Shown here in pieces: positions 48,973-62,964 of a stretch of DNA of 64,000 nt (its first letter is position 1; each line of letters begins with the position of its first letter). Made by a program: the position numbers and the translations under genes. The notes beneath the pieces were generated by a model. The model worked only from the letters and a program-made list of their open reading frames with translations, made no database searches and was not told the origin of the DNA. This stretch comes from Neophaeotheca triangularis (lineage: Eukaryota), in contig BAAIJX010000007.1 of NCBI GenBank assembly GCA_054600435.1, positions 1 to 64,000 of the forward strand. The letters are read 5' to 3'.

Positions 48973-49466
48973 AACACCTTGGACCGACGGATCATGGCGA
49001 CGCTATACCGGCATGGAGGAAGTCGATGGGATGGAAAAGGGGAAGCGCTGAGCTGCGTGTTGATTCGTTTCGCAGATGCTGGACACTAAAGCCAGAGGGT
49101 CGATAGTAGGTGATGTGGTGGATGTACAATAGATGATTCGTCTGAAGTGCCAGTAACCACTTCCTTGGTGATGTCCTCAGCCACAGACAGCTTCATCCAG
49201 CTGCCAAAGCTCCCACGTTTCCCCAGCTTCAGCCCTCGTCCACCGTACACCAGCCCCGAACCCCGCGCAACTACACTCCGGTCTGTTGCAAGCACAAAAG
49301 AAGGTACGAGCAGCAGGAAGCTCTCGGAAGCGTCTCGGTAGACTGGCAGATTGAAACACAAGGGCAAAAACAACAATCGGAGCTCCTTCATCCCCACGAT
49401 ACATCGCGCGGCGCGCATAAACGACTCCTAGTCCACGAAGAAACGGGATATGCTGTAACGGCCACG

Positions 49467-51837
49467 ATGACAGAGGCAAAGGACGAGCAAGCACAAGGCG
49501 GAGCCGCAGCAGAAGCCAACCAAAGCCTGGGAATCACCAGCGACCATGGGGAAAGCATTCGGGAGGCAAAGGAGGCAGCTGAGGGCGGGAATAAGTTCCA
49601 ACAAGCAATAGCAGCATGGCGGAGTAGGTGTCAAATACGTCTCCCTCGAGCGGACAATACAAGCTAACCGATCCTAAGCACTTGACCTCACTAAGCTCAT
49701 CTCGAACCTCGACACTGCCGCTTCCGACCTAGTGACCCACCAAAAAGACTCCCTCGTCCAGCGCAAAGAGCTGGCGCAAAAGACCAAAGACTTTCGCAAA
49801 CTGGAGGACAGCGCGAAACTAGCAGAGGTCAAGGACATGCTCAAAGCCTACCAGAACTACATCGATGTCATCTCGAACCACTCCAAATCCGTCTCTTCGG
49901 CTTTTATGCAAGCCTACTCTCCGCTTTCCGAAGCACCGGACCCGTACCCTTTGTTGGAAGCATCGATCGATTCGCTCGTAACGGCGGAGGAAGTGGTGCC
50001 GCAATTGGAATCGGAGAATGAGCGTTTGCAGAAGCAGGTCGCTAAACTCAACGGGCAGTTGGAAGACTCGGAGAAACAGCTGGAGGAGGAGCGGACAAAG
50101 AGGCAGTCATTCGAGGGATCGCAGGATAGTCGCATCAAGGAAGTTGAGGAGTCTTGGTCAGCTGCGTTGCGCGAGAAGGAAGACAATTGGACGGCCAAGG
50201 AACAAAGTCTACAAGAGAAAGTGGAGAACCAGGACCGATTGTTGAAGGAGCTAAAGGCCAATTACGAAGTTTCGCAGCGTTTGGAGAAGTCCGGGGAAGA
50301 TGCGCAGGAGTCTGGGAAGCCCGGGGCCAGTGCAGCAGAGCTCGAGATTGTGCAGTCTGAGCTGGACCGGGCGAATACGAGACTAGCTGAGATCGAGGGC
50401 CGCAACGAGCACCTCAGAGTTGAGTTGGCACAGTCTACGAGCAGCGCCCACAGCTCAGGGCGTAGCGCTGCTGTTGAAGATGATCCCGCCTTTTTGCGAT
50501 TGCGCTCTGAGAACACCTCTCTGCTTCGCAAACTCGACGCGGCTAGGTCTGACAAGGACTCTGATAAAAGCGGCTGGGACTCGAAGATGCGGAGTCTTGA
50601 GCGTGAGATGAGTTCCATGAAAGCAGATCGTGACGCGTTGCAAGGAAAAGTCCAGAAATGGAGCGATTACGATGAAGTGCGCAGGGAACTCGACATGCTG
50701 CGGGCAATCGAATTTTCTACCGTAGACGACATCGACGACGAGATGGTGGGCGACGGCAAGAGTGGATATGCCGAACAGCCCAAGGGCGAAAGTCTAGAGC
50801 AATTGCTAATGGCGCGGAACAAGAAACTCAGCAACGAGCTTACTGAGCTGCGAGTCTCACACAACGAAACGTCGCAACGCTTAGAGACGTTGCAAGAAGA
50901 CCTGTCTCGTACCAACATGGACCTCGAGAAGACACAAAACCTCAACGCTACACTAGAAAACGATCTCCAGAAGACCCAACAAGAAGCCTCCAACGCTTTC
51001 GAAACCATGTCCATGGCGGGAACCTACACCTCGAAATACCCCAAATCCTCCTACGGCGGCGCGCGAAGTCGAGCAGCGGGAGGTGGAGGGGCTTCCCCAA
51101 CCTCATCCATCATCGGCGGCTTCGACCCTAGCCGCGGCGATTCCAACTCTCGCGGAACACTCGACTCTCTCCGAGTCAACGAGCCGAGCTCAACGGGCAT
51201 CCTCCCAATGGTAACAGCCCAACGCGACCGTTTCAAAAAGCGCATAGGCGATCTCGAAGCCGAGGTCAGCAAAACGCACCAAACGGTCTCAAGCTTGCGT
51301 TCCGAAATTGCCTCATTACAGCGTGACAACCTCAACCTCTACGAGAAAACCCGCTACGTCTCGACCTACAACCGCAGCAACGCCACCTCGAGCACAGCTT
51401 ACGGCAGCAACCCCAACCCTTCCACCATAGCCATTTCACCCGGCGCCGGAGACGCCACAGACCGCTACAGATCAGCCTATGAAGCCAACATTTCGCCCTT
51501 CAGCGCTTTCCGCGGCCGCGAAACCGCCCGAGCTATGAAACGCATGACAGTCCTCGAGCGCGGGGTCTGGCAAATAACGCGCGTGGTTCTGGCGACGCGG
51601 ACGAGCAGGAATCTCTTCGCGGGCTATTGTTTGGTGCTGCATTTGCTGGTCTTTTACATGTTGTATTATATGGGTACGGTGGATGTAGAGAAGCACGCGA
51701 GTGCTTTGGGGGCTAGTGCGCTTGCTGGGAGTGCGGCTGGGGATAATGCCGGTTCTGGTGCTGGCGCTGGCGCTGGCGCCGGGGCAGATTTGCAGCATGG
51801 GGAGTGGCAGCATGAGGGGTTTGATGGGAGTACTTGA
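49467..51837 (+). CDS. COY1: Golgi coiled-coil membrane protein Coy1/CASP
   Basis: Exons 49467-49623 and 49679-51837. Motifs QRKELAQKTKDFRK, PDPYPLLEAS, ILPMVTAQRDRFK, LQRDNLNLYEKTRY and ISPFSAFRGRE; C-terminal TM segment containing YCLVLH. Confidence 0.93.
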
Positions 51838-52503
51838 GAGGGTGTGGGTTAGTTGTACATCGGCCTCGTTGGACAGGGTTCCGTGTTATCGCCGGCTGGG
51901 TAGGTTGCGCCCATACCATCTTAGAGGCCAGTCCGGTCGTGGATCGTCCAGTACTGTAATAATGTGTTCTTTGAGTGCTGGTTTGCTGGTGTAAATACCT
52001 GATACAATAGTGATACCTGAGCATCTCGTTTGCAGCCGCCTGGCTCCACCAGGCGGGTCGGTAGAAAACGGAGGGTTGCTTGGAGTGGGGGTCATCAGAA
52101 GGGACGCCATTGGTTGCTAGGAACCTCACGTCCTCGTGAGCTGGCTCTTCGTCTTTTAGCCCTTGTATTTATATAGGGCGAGCAGTTGTTGTCTTCTTCG
52201 TCCAGAATTATTATTCTCCATGCCCGTTTCATCATGGGTAATTTGGTAGCCGCGCTTTCGCCATGTCCATCTCGCATTCAAGGGAGCTACGTGGCGGGAG
52301 GCAGCGGAGCCGATCGTCGCCTCAAATGGAAAGGTTAAGGTACTGCTGTATGGCTGAGAAAACTCAACAAACCGACTTGCTCGTCGAGCATGACACCACC
52401 AAACACCACCATCTCCATGTAGCGAACATTATCCATACCAGGCAGAACATCAATTGAAACTCGTTGGCTACAGCCACTCACTCTACTATAGTACTCCTCA
52501 GCC

Positions 52504-53979
52504 ATGACTGACCATGATCTTCACCGGGCAATCGCCATGCGCCCATCCCCCTTCCATTCACATCCAGACCGTACCTCACCAACAGGCCATCCTCAAGGTT
52601 TCGCGCCTAGTCCAGACCCAGACTCAAACAGTTCCAGTCACCAGCGTAGTCCCAAGCCGGGCGCAAGCACTGCCATAGATGCCTTGGACGGCACGGGTGA
52701 CAGCACCCAGAGAGCGGCATACCACCGCAACAGCAGCTCCGACGACGATGTCGAGCGAAACGAACTTCCTGCCTACGAAGTAGCGAGCGATCCGTTTCGG
52801 CTCCGCTCATGTCTCAAAACAAACGACGAGATTGCCAATATCAAAGCGAACACCTCCCGCAAACGATCAGGCAAGACCTGCACACCCGTAACCAAGGGAA
52901 AGGATGCACTACACACGAACAAGATCAAGGGCTTCTACGAAGCGCAGAACGAGAACATCGAGCGTCTACTCAAACCCGTAGACGAGCATGTCAGACAGGC
53001 CAAAGATCAGCAGGGCTCGGAGGCACTGCAATTCAAGATCGCGGTAAATGGCAGCTTCGTCGCGAATGTATGCTTGGCGATATTGCAACTTTACGGTGCC
53101 ATAGCGTCCGGATCGCTCTCACTCTTCACGACCATGGCCGATTCCATCTTCGACCCGCTATCCAACTTGACGCTAATCCTCTGCGCCCGAGCCGTCAACC
53201 GCGTGGACCCCCGCAAATATCCTTCCGGTAAAGCGCGCATTGAGAACGCTGGCAACATTGTCTTTTGCTTCCTCATGACCGCTGTATCGCTCGTCTTGAT
53301 CGTCATGTCCGCGCGAGACCTGGCAGCAGGCAATGGCGGAGAGGAAACTACCAATTTCCATTTGCCGGCCGTAATAGCGGTGTCCGTTGCCTTCTGCACG
53401 AAGCTAGTGCTTTTCATCTACTGCTGGTCTCTGCGCAACAAGTACAGCCAAATTCGCATCCTCTGGGAAGACCACCGCAACGACTTGGTCATCAACGGTT
53501 TCGGTATCATGACTTCCGTCGGGGGCTCCAAACTCAAGTGGTGGATTGACCCCATGGGTGCCATCATCTTGAGCACTCTTATCGCGACTCTCTGGTTGCG
53601 CACCGCTTATGGAGAATTCCAACTGCTCATCGGCGTGTCCGCAGACACCAGCTTCCTTCAGCACATCACCTACATCTGTAAGTACACCCACCAGACTCAA
53701 AAACCCAAATCCCCACCCAACTAACCTCACCACGCAGCCATGACCCACTCCCCCGCCATCCACAGCCTCGACACCGTCCGCGCCTGGCACAGCGGGCCTC
53801 GCCTCATCGTTGAAGTCGACATTGTCATGGATCCTGAGCAAACCCTGCGCGAAACCCACGACGTGGCCGAAGAACTACAGATGAAGCTTGAGAGCCTCCC
53901 CGACGTCGAGCGAGCTTACGTGCACGTCGATTACGAGACCAGCCACGCGCCGGAGCATTTCTGGAAAAAGGAGTTGTAA
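52504..53979 (+). CDS. Cation diffusion facilitator (Mn-CDF/MTP8-like) metal transporter
   Basis: Exons 52504-53677 and 53738-53979. Motifs FYEAQNENI, DSIFD (DxxxD), DHRND, WWIDPMGA and ESLPDVERAYVHVDYE. Confidence 0.93.
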
Positions 53980-55282
53980 GCTTTTGAATTGAGAGAAAAA
54001 TAACTCCTGCACTTGGTCAAGGCTTTGAACACCATTGCATTCTTATATACTTCTAGAGATTACTGCCCGCTCAGATGATTACGAGATTTCGCTTTGGGTG
54101 TTGTTGACACTTACTCGCTCTTTACTCTAGGACGATGAAGCAATCGCACAGCACCTTGGAGGCTGTTCGGCGGAAGTCAGTACAGGCTGAAGCAGGCGGG
54201 GATTTGGTTTAGATAGAGGCTGTTTGCGGTTTTGAAGTCGAGTTGGGGACTTTGAAAGCCGCTTGCTACACCTTTAGAGTTAAAAACTACAGTGCTAGCT
54301 TTTGGCCGGGCTTGGAGCACTCGAACTCGGGAACTTTTGCCTACAAGTCATAGAGTCCGGTGGCGGCGGTGTGGGTGTCGGGTACCTATGGATTTTTGCC
54401 TCTTGTTGTAACAGATGGTGAGGTGGACAGCCCTGGAGCGCTGTGGCTTTTTGCGTACAAGTCCCACGTCACAAGTCCGAGCACACCCAATGAAACTGGC
54501 CAGTTTGTCCACCTTGTGATGGCATGCTCAAGTCACTGTTAATATATGTGCTTGGTCAAAAGTTAACTAGTAACCACCGAGCCCTCAGAAACGATCGGAT
54601 CGTCATCAGTAGCAGTCTCGTGCTCAAGCCGCATAAGGATCAACAAGCTAAAAGCCGTAAAAGGCGAACTTTTATATAAAAAGTACCTTACTTCCTACCA
54701 CTGATGACACGCAGAAGATAAATAAATGAAGTCCCCCACCCCTCTCCTTCCAGCCAGTGGAGACCTTCCGAAACACACTCCGCCATTGCTTTTGGCTCGT
54801 TTCAGCCTAAAGACATAGCGCGCTTGCGTTGACAAGTGATTATTAGCACAAGGCGAGCGAGACTGGCTTTTGGTCGGTCCGAGGCTTTGCGACCGGCTGA
54901 CAGGGCGTGTGGGCACCCGTTGGTAGTAGGGACGAGGTAATCTATTCGGTGCATGCTGTACCTACCACTTTCGTTGGCGGAGTGGGAGCGTGCTGGTGGT
55001 GACGAGGATGGGACGCGCTCCAAGGGTTGTGCACACGTCGGTCCTGGGTGAGGAGAAGGGATGTACGAGGGAACTTTGTTGGACTGAGACTGCGGGTGCG
55101 GTCTTTTACCGGTGGGCTGTTGTTGGGTATAAGAAGCTGGAGTATCTCCTCGAGATTGACAAGGAATGAACGCATCAGGTCTGGGACTTGATTAACTAAA
55201 CTACCTTCGATTGTATCCAAAGCAGTTGACTCCACCAACACCCTACCTTCACTCATAACATTCCAATTTGCAAGCCGTAACC

Positions 55283-56137
55283 ATGAAGCCCACCACCACC
55301 ATCCTCGCAGCCACGACAGCGGCCCTGGCAACAGCCGCCCCAACCAAGACCCTCCACACCCGCCAGGAACCCGACTCCTGCGGCCAATGGGACATCATCG
55401 AGACAGGCAGCTACACTCTCTACAACAACCTCTGGGGCCAAGACAACGCCGACAGCGGCAGCCAATGCTTCGGGCTCGACAGCTTCGACGCTGCGACCAA
55501 CACGCTCGCCTGGCACACCACATGGTCCTGGAGCGGCGGGCAGTCCAACGTCAAGAGCTACCCCAACATCGTCGTCGACACGCGAGACAACTTGCAAGTC
55601 TCGGAAGTCGCGGGCATCGATACCACCTTCGACTGGACCTACGCTGGCGATGATGTCGTCGCGAATGTCGCTTATGACGTTTTTACTTCCAGTGAGCCCG
55701 ATGGGGAAGAGGAATTTGAGCTCATGGTGTGGTTGGCGGCTCTTGGTTCCGCCGGGCCCATCTCAAGCAACTATGGCGCCGATGGAAATCCCGTGCCTAT
55801 TGCTACGACCACGATTGCCGGCGTCGAGTGGAACTTGTACGAAGGCCCAAATAGCCAGATGACGGTGTACTCGTTCCTGCCGTCGGACAGGTCGCAGCAG
55901 AACAGCTTCAGTGGGGATCTGATGGTAAGTTGTCGTTTGCTGAGCCGTCCGCGGTGATGGTCGGGAGATTTGCTGATCGATCTTTTTGTGCAGGACTTTT
56001 ACAACTACCTTATCGCTGAGGAGGGCTTTTCCAGCAGCCAGTACGTTATTAGCGTCGGCGCTGGCACTGAGACGTTCACTGGCTCGAACGCGGAGTTCGA
56101 GGTCTCGGCGTACACCGTCGACGTCCAGTACGTGTAA
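55283..56137 (+). CDS. Secreted glycoside hydrolase family 12 (xyloglucanase/endoglucanase)
   Basis: Exons 55283-55924 and 55994-56137. Signal peptide; motifs CGQWD, YNNLWG, VKSYPN, NVAYDVFT, catalytic ELMVWL and GTETFTG. Confidence 0.95.
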
Positions 56138-56307
56138 GTTCGTAGCGTGGTGCTGTTGTCAGAAATTTACCAGGGCAGGGTAGTGTTGCTTTCTGTAGGA
56201 TTTCCCAATGTAGCGCTGGCCGATCGCTTTGGTTGTCGGGACGCTCGGTTCATTGTAACTAGCATATTAGGCTTCAGCCTCGAAATGTTCATTACTAGTT
56301 GCGCTGG

Positions 56308-57627
56308 TTACACTCTGAAGACATCTAGTAAAGCCTCCCGCAGTATGTCGACGTTGTAGTCTATTAGTACTCGTTTGTTGACCGAGCTGCCTTTGCCCAT
56401 GACACACAACAAGGACAAATAGCTTAATACTGTCAGCGAATGATACTGATAGCGATTACTTGGCAAAGAAGACTCACTCGTTGACTTCCTTCGCATAAAC
56501 ATAAGTATCGCCACTCCTATCATACGTCACAACGCTCTCGCCAGCAGCTTGATCTTCCTGCGAAGCTGGCGAAGACCCTCGTTGACTTGCGTCTTCCTTC
56601 TTCCATCCGTATATCTCCTTGATGTCCGCGATGATATCGACGTAGTCTGAACACACCTCGTAATCCTTGAGGAATGTTGGACTCGCGTCAGTGGCAACAT
56701 AGATCTTGCTCATCGTGTCGAAGAGGTAGCATTTTTGTATACGGCAAGTGGAGCACAGTCGATTCAGCATGCCCTCCAGCGCGGGCAGTTGTGGAAGGAG
56801 CCTCTGAATCACTTTTGATGAGGCTTCGAAGACAGTGTGGTCGAAGATGCTGGTTTGATAGAACGAGACGCCTCTGTCGCCGTAGCCAGCATCCGAGAGC
56901 TCGTCCTGCACTCTTTGCCGGACGTCGCGGAAAGTTTCGGTCTTGTACTCGTCACTGAGACCGTCGATCTTGTGGATAAAGACCGAGAAGTCTAGTCGAG
57001 GGCATTTCTCAAAAACGAAGATGGCGGTCTCGATCAGGCTGCCGATTGCGCTGAAGTATTCGTCTTGTACGTCGAGTACCCAGATTGCTGCGCCGTAATT
57101 ATTGAGCACACTTTGGTCAAACTCCTTGCCAGTGATTGATATATGACTCGGAATCTCGGTAGCCTCAAATGTGAGAAACGAGCTCATGGTGCTTGTTTCC
57201 ATTTTGTGTGTGCTGTCCAAATACAGCGTCTCCGCTGGCGGGAGTTTCTGGAAGACTACATTTTGGATTGACGATTTTCCGCTTCTGAGTTGCGTCTTAG
57301 CAATGGCGCTTGCGAACTCGATGCTCTGACTTACCTCTTCTGACCCAACAACAACAATCTGGGACTTCCCTTTCGACGAACTGGACGACGCTGCTCCTTT
57401 GCTAGTGGTGTAGATTCTTCATCAAATGGCTGGCCTCCCTCGATATTTTGCTGGCTCTGCATGTATTGTGTTAGAAAACCATGCTGGGATACCGAGCTCT
57501 GTTGGCTCGAGTCGGACGCAGTCGAGCTTGATGAAAGCGCGGATGCAAAGACTAGCTCAAAAGGGTTCTGCTGGGGTGATTGAGCTGGCGCCGGACTGAG
57601 AATGTTGGAGGAAAAGAGGGTATGCAT
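56308..57627 (-). CDS. GTR2: Rag GTPase Gtr2 (RagC/D)
   Basis: Exons 57627-57335, 57284-56478 and 56422-56308. Motifs LLLGQKR|SGKSSI, FIHKIDGLS, QTSIFDHTVFEA, SKIYVATD and LIDYNV. Confidence 0.92.
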
Positions 57628-58662
57628 TGTGATTTGGGCGGTATGCTACTGGAATTTTGATTCCGAAATAATCGAAGCATGAATATGGTTGAGCTTTAAC
57701 TCCGGCTTCGAGAGGAACCTAGTCGTCCAGCAAACGAAAACGGAGTAGAAGTGAAAAGCACCTTGCGTGCGGTCGACTTGGAGCCTTTGTGATCGATCAC
57801 TTTGTGACCGCTAACATTGATGGCGCCACAGGGGGTCGATCAGGGCAAACCACGTGGGACAGCGATGTGTGTGACAGCAGCATGGGAGGGAGCGCGCGGA
57901 TAGGGGGGAAAAGACCTTGCTTACCTCAATGATCGCCATCTCGTCGTTTATGACACTCCAGTGCTCGTTGCTATCATGTGACGCCACAATATCGCGATTG
58001 TTCGGTCAAGACACCTCACGGATCGCGGCGAACGGCCCTGCACACCGCCACTCTGTCGACCAATCTTGGCCTAGACCATTCGCTGTAAAAGGCGCACAGT
58101 GAGTGGCTGAGAGATCGGGGTGTCGTTTGATAAGGCTGTTTGTTATTCGGCAAGGAGGTTCTGTGCCGGGTTCAGATGCTGCAAGGTCTGCGTGTCCCGA
58201 GATGTGCCTTCGGCTCGGAGATGGAAGAGGCTGTGCCACGGGGAATGAGGCGGCCGTTGCGACGTCAAATGCGTTATGTGACGTGGCGGTCTCCGATAGA
58301 ATAGCCTGTGATTCGTGCGACGAGTATGATTTGCGTCGAGATGGTGGCACGAGTGCTTGAGCCGATAAGTAGAGGCAAAAGGAAGTTAAAAGCGCGGCGT
58401 CACGGCGTTGTAGGAACAGCAAGTCTTGGCAAAATGGACAGAGAGATAAGGTAACCCAAGGTAGTGAAAGTGGTCTGGGTTAAGGGGAACAGGTAAATTA
58501 ATGGACATTGAGCATTGATAGTCTGAACCTGACGTTCGTATTGCTCGAGTATGTAGGTGAAATGTTGACAACCACGTGGGGGCTACCGACATTTGCTTGT
58601 TCGCACGTGTCTTCTGCAGATAGCATGAATGAAAAAAGGTGTACTGTCGAGTGGTTTGCTCA

Positions 58663-59384
58663 TCATCGCATGACAGGTGGTCTTGCCTCTTTGTTCCAGG
58701 TTATCCTCGATTGAAGCCAATCCACAGCCTCACGTACTCCAGTACCCGTCAAAGCACTCAGAGGCAGCACCCTGCTGTCCCTAACATTGCTACCCTTGTC
58801 TCCTTCAAAGACCTTCCTCACCAAACCCTCCTTAATCCGAACAACCTCTACACAATCCTCCCTGTCCTGCTTGTTGGCCAACACGAGCAGCGGCACACCC
58901 TCTGTGTGTTGGTTCTGTAGCACGTCCTCAAGCACGAGTTTGCACTCGCTCAGCCTGCCTTCCTCTTCTTCTGACAGGTCCGACTGTGCCAAACGCTCTA
59001 TGTCCGCATCGCCGACGTCTGTGCTGTCAATCACAAACACAATGGCATGGCAGCTGCTGTAGTAGCTCTGCCACAGCTTTCGCAACGAGTGTTGACCTCC
59101 GACATCCCAGATTCGTAGATACAGGTCGGGCAAGTCGATCAAGGAAACGTTCTGGCCCACGGTGGGCACAGTGTTGAGTTTGGGCTCATGGTGTTCGCTG
59201 CTGAAGGTGCTTTTGATTTGCTCGAGTAATGTGGTCTTGCCTGCGTTGTCGAGGCCTAGTAAAAGTATGGAGTACTCTGTTGATAACGATCAGCCCTGTA
59301 TATGCGCCGCAAGGTGATTCGATACGGTTGCCTACCTTCTTTGCTGGTGGCATGAAGATAGAGGGATTTGAACAGGTGGTACAT
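58663..59384 (-). CDS. ARL3: Arf-like GTPase Arl3 (ARFRP1 orthologue)
   Basis: Exons 59384-59336 and 59276-58663. Reads MYHLFKSLYLHATSKE|EYSILLLGLDNAGKTT, then PTVGQN, WDVGGQ, LANKQD and SALTG. Confidence 0.94.
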
Positions 59385-60015
59385 TCTCAGAGCTGAAGTG
59401 TACCTACTCTCATCCTCTCAGAGGGCCGCACATTGGTATGGCTATGTGCGTTGTGGGTATAAGGTACCTTATGTCCCCTACCTGGATGTCGGTGACGATG
59501 TTCACTTTGTTTCGCGGGTGATTTCGAGTCGTCGCGAGTGGCTCACTCGGCAAGGAGGATGGGCCATGATGGGCGTGGAGAGGGCGATACGTCCAGAGAC
59601 TAGCGCCAACGAGCTTGAGCCAATGATTGTGACCGCTGCTAACCACCCCGCAGTCCAAGGCACCTTACCGCATACAGCACGGAGGCGCAACGACAACTCC
59701 TCGATGTGTTTGGCATCGGAGTGTAGAGCGAATCTCGTCAAGCCTATTGCCCTGTTCGAAAAGGGCAGTCCGAAGACCTTTAGCCTGTTCGACTTGGATC
59801 CCGTTGCATTGACCCCCTTAGCTAGTATTTGGATGTTTTATTACTTAAAGAACTTGGGCCGTTCGTTGCCTTGGTCTTGATCACCACCATTCCAAGCTTA
59901 CCACAACTCTCCTGAAGCTGCCAGATAGGTCTTCGCTTGCCTCCTTTTTCAGGACCAATTCTCCTCTTCCCCTTTAGAGATCTAGCTAGGGCAGAATCCC
60001 TAATAGTTGATCAAC

Positions 60016-62682
60016 ATGTCGACGGCAATGGCGGTGCAGAAGCTTAGCAAAGGCTGGCAGTTTAAACAAACGGATACCGAGGAATGGTTGCCCGTCGCTC
60101 GAGTTCCTACTAATGTCCACTTGGACCTGATGGACAATGACAAGTAAGTTCCAACGAGACGAGGAAAACAAGGCCATAAGCGAAGCTAATACACCTCGGC
60201 AGGATCGTTGACCCTTTTCTGGGTTTCAACGAACTGAAAGCCGAATGGGTCGGTGAGAAGCCTTGGAGTTACAAGGTCACCTTACCTGAGGTTTCCGCGA
60301 AGAAGAATGGTGTCAGGCACGTGCTCGCTTTCGATGGGCTCGATACATTCGCCACTGTCAAGCTCAACGGAAAGACGATTCTCGAAAGCGACAACATGTG
60401 GATCATGCACCGGTTGGATGTTACTGATCAATTGCAAGGTGGTGAGAACGTCCTTGAGATTGATTTTGGCATTGCTTTGTTTGAGGCGCGAAAGATCAAA
60501 GATGCACACCCAGAACATAAATGGGTGGGTTTCAACGGTGACATGGCACGATTGGCTGTGCGCAAGGCGCAGTATCACTGGTAGGTCAGAGTCCTGAGCG
60601 GGTGAGGACAAAAGGCTGACCTAGTGTAGGGGCTGGGACTGGGGCCCGGTTCTCATGACTTGCGGGCCATGGCGTGAGGTCCGTTTGGAAAGCTACGAAG
60701 CACGCGTGGACGATCTTCGAGTTGATTACGAAGTGGACTCGAGCTTCAAAAAAGTCACCGGAACTCTCAAAGCTACTGTAGAAGGCAAATCAGGCAAGAC
60801 TGTAAATTTCACGGCAAAACTGGGTAGCAATGAGGTCTTTAAAGGCTCTGCAGATGTCGACAGCAAAGGCGAAGCCCAGGTGGAATTCCTCGTCAACGAG
60901 CCCAAGCTTTGGTATCCTCATGGCTACGGAGAACAGCCGCTCTACACCGTCACAGCTACCGTGTCGTCAGGTGAACACGACCTACACTCGCTATCGAGGC
61001 GTACTGGATTCCGGAAAGGCGAGCTTATCCAGCAACCGGACAAGATTGGGAAGAGCTTCTACTTCCGCTTCAATGGTATAGATGTCTTTTGCGGCGGCTC
61101 TGACTGGATTCCAGCGGACAGCTTTACTCCCCGCATCACCGAAGCCAAGTATCGCAAATGGCTGGAAATGATGGTCGACGGATATCAGATCATGATCAGA
61201 ATCTGGGGCGGCGGCATTTGGGAGGAGGACTGTTTCTACGACATATGCGATGAACTGGGCGTCCTCGTATGGCAAGATTTCATGTTCGGGTGTGGCAATT
61301 ACCCGACGTTCCCAGCGATCTTAAGGAGCATCGAAGAGGAATGTGTCTGCCAGACAAAACGGCTGAGGCATCATCCTAGTATGGCCATCTATGCTGGGAA
61401 CAACGAAGATTACCAAGTGCAAGAACAAATACCCCTGACGTATAACTACGAAGACAAGGACCCCCAGAGCTGGCTGAAGACGGACTTCCCAGCTCGCTAT
61501 ATCTACGAAAAGGTGTGTCAAATACAACTTATCATTCAGGGCAGGGCTGACAAAGGATTCTAGCTACTCCCCGATGTGGTGGCAGCGCATTCGCCGCACG
61601 TACCTTACCACCCCGGATCACCCTGGGGAGACGGCAAGGTGTCCTCTGACCCAACGGTAGGCGACATGCACCAATGGAACGTCTGGCACGGCACACAGGA
61701 GAAGTATCAGATCTTCGACACTCTAGGCGGCCGCTTCAACAGCGAATTCGGCATGGAAGCCTTCCCGCACATCGACACCATCAAACACTACGTCACGGAC
61801 CCAACACAGCTCTACCCACAAAGCCACATGATCGACTTCCACAATAAGGCCGACGGCCACGAGCGGCGCATAGCCACCTACCTGATCGAGAACTTCCGCC
61901 TCGAAACTGACCTCGAAAAATACATCCACCTCACCCAGCTCAGCCAAGCCGAAGCTCTCATGTTCGGCTACCGCGGCTGGCGGCAACAATGGGGCCAGAA
62001 CCGCCATTGCGGCGGCGCTCTAGTCTGGCAACTCAACGACTGCTGGCCCGTGACCTCCTGGGCCATTGTCGACTACTTCCAGCGGAAAAAGCCCGCCTAC
62101 TACGCTATGCGGCGCGTGCTTGCTCCCGTCGCCGTCGCCGTCAAACGCGCTCACCACGATTGGAGCGTCGTCCACGCCCGTCCGGCCAAAACCCTCGATT
62201 ACGAAGTCTGGGTCGCCAGCAGCAGACTCGAGCCTTTCGACGCAGACGTTGAACTTCGCTACATCAGCATCGCCACGGGGGAAGAGATCAAGGAAAAAGT
62301 CGTCAAGAAAGCCGTCACCATCACTCCAAACGGCACGACGGAGATTCTCCGCGGCAGCATCGACAATGTAAAGGAGGAACCGCACGTCCTCGCCGCGCGC
62401 ATTTTTGTTGACGGGAAAGTTGTTCATCGCGATGTCGACTGGCCGCAGCCGTTGAAGTATCTAGATTTTGCTGAGAGGGGAGTTACGGTGGAGAGGGAGG
62501 CGGATACCATCAAGGTTCGTGTTGATAGACCTACCAAGGGTTTGGTTTTTGAGGAGCGTGAGGGCGTGCTGGTTGATGACAGTGCGCTCGATGTTGTGCC
62601 TGGGGATGAACAGATTATTAGGGTTAGAGGGTTGGGCAAGGGGGAGCCGATGCTTGGGTGGACTTATTTGGGTGCGCCGTAG
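60016..62682 (+). CDS. Beta-mannosidase, GH2 (MndB-type, no signal peptide)
   Basis: Exons 60016-60143, 60203-60580, 60630-61512 and 61564-62682. Motifs FDGLDTFATV, RKAQYHW|GWDWGP, WIPAD, RIWGGG, GNNE, SEFG and WQLNDCWP. Confidence 0.95.
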
Positions 62683-62964
62683 GGGTGGGAAGAACATTAG
62701 GAGGAACGTGTTCCGGATTTAAAGGTTGAGCTTTAGTTATTGAGATGTGGCCAGTCTTGCAGCACCCTCCCGTACTTCCTAATATCGAGATTTTGCATAT
62801 CACTCTCGAATCAAGCGACTCAGCACTACCACGGGAGTACATAGATTATAACAAGCCTATCTAAAACCAGAGACACCATCAACTCCTTCGAGCATCAACG
62901 TATCAAGCCGAAAAACCACCCCACCACCAGACCCAGTCCAGAAACCTTTTCCCTAAGAGCCCCC

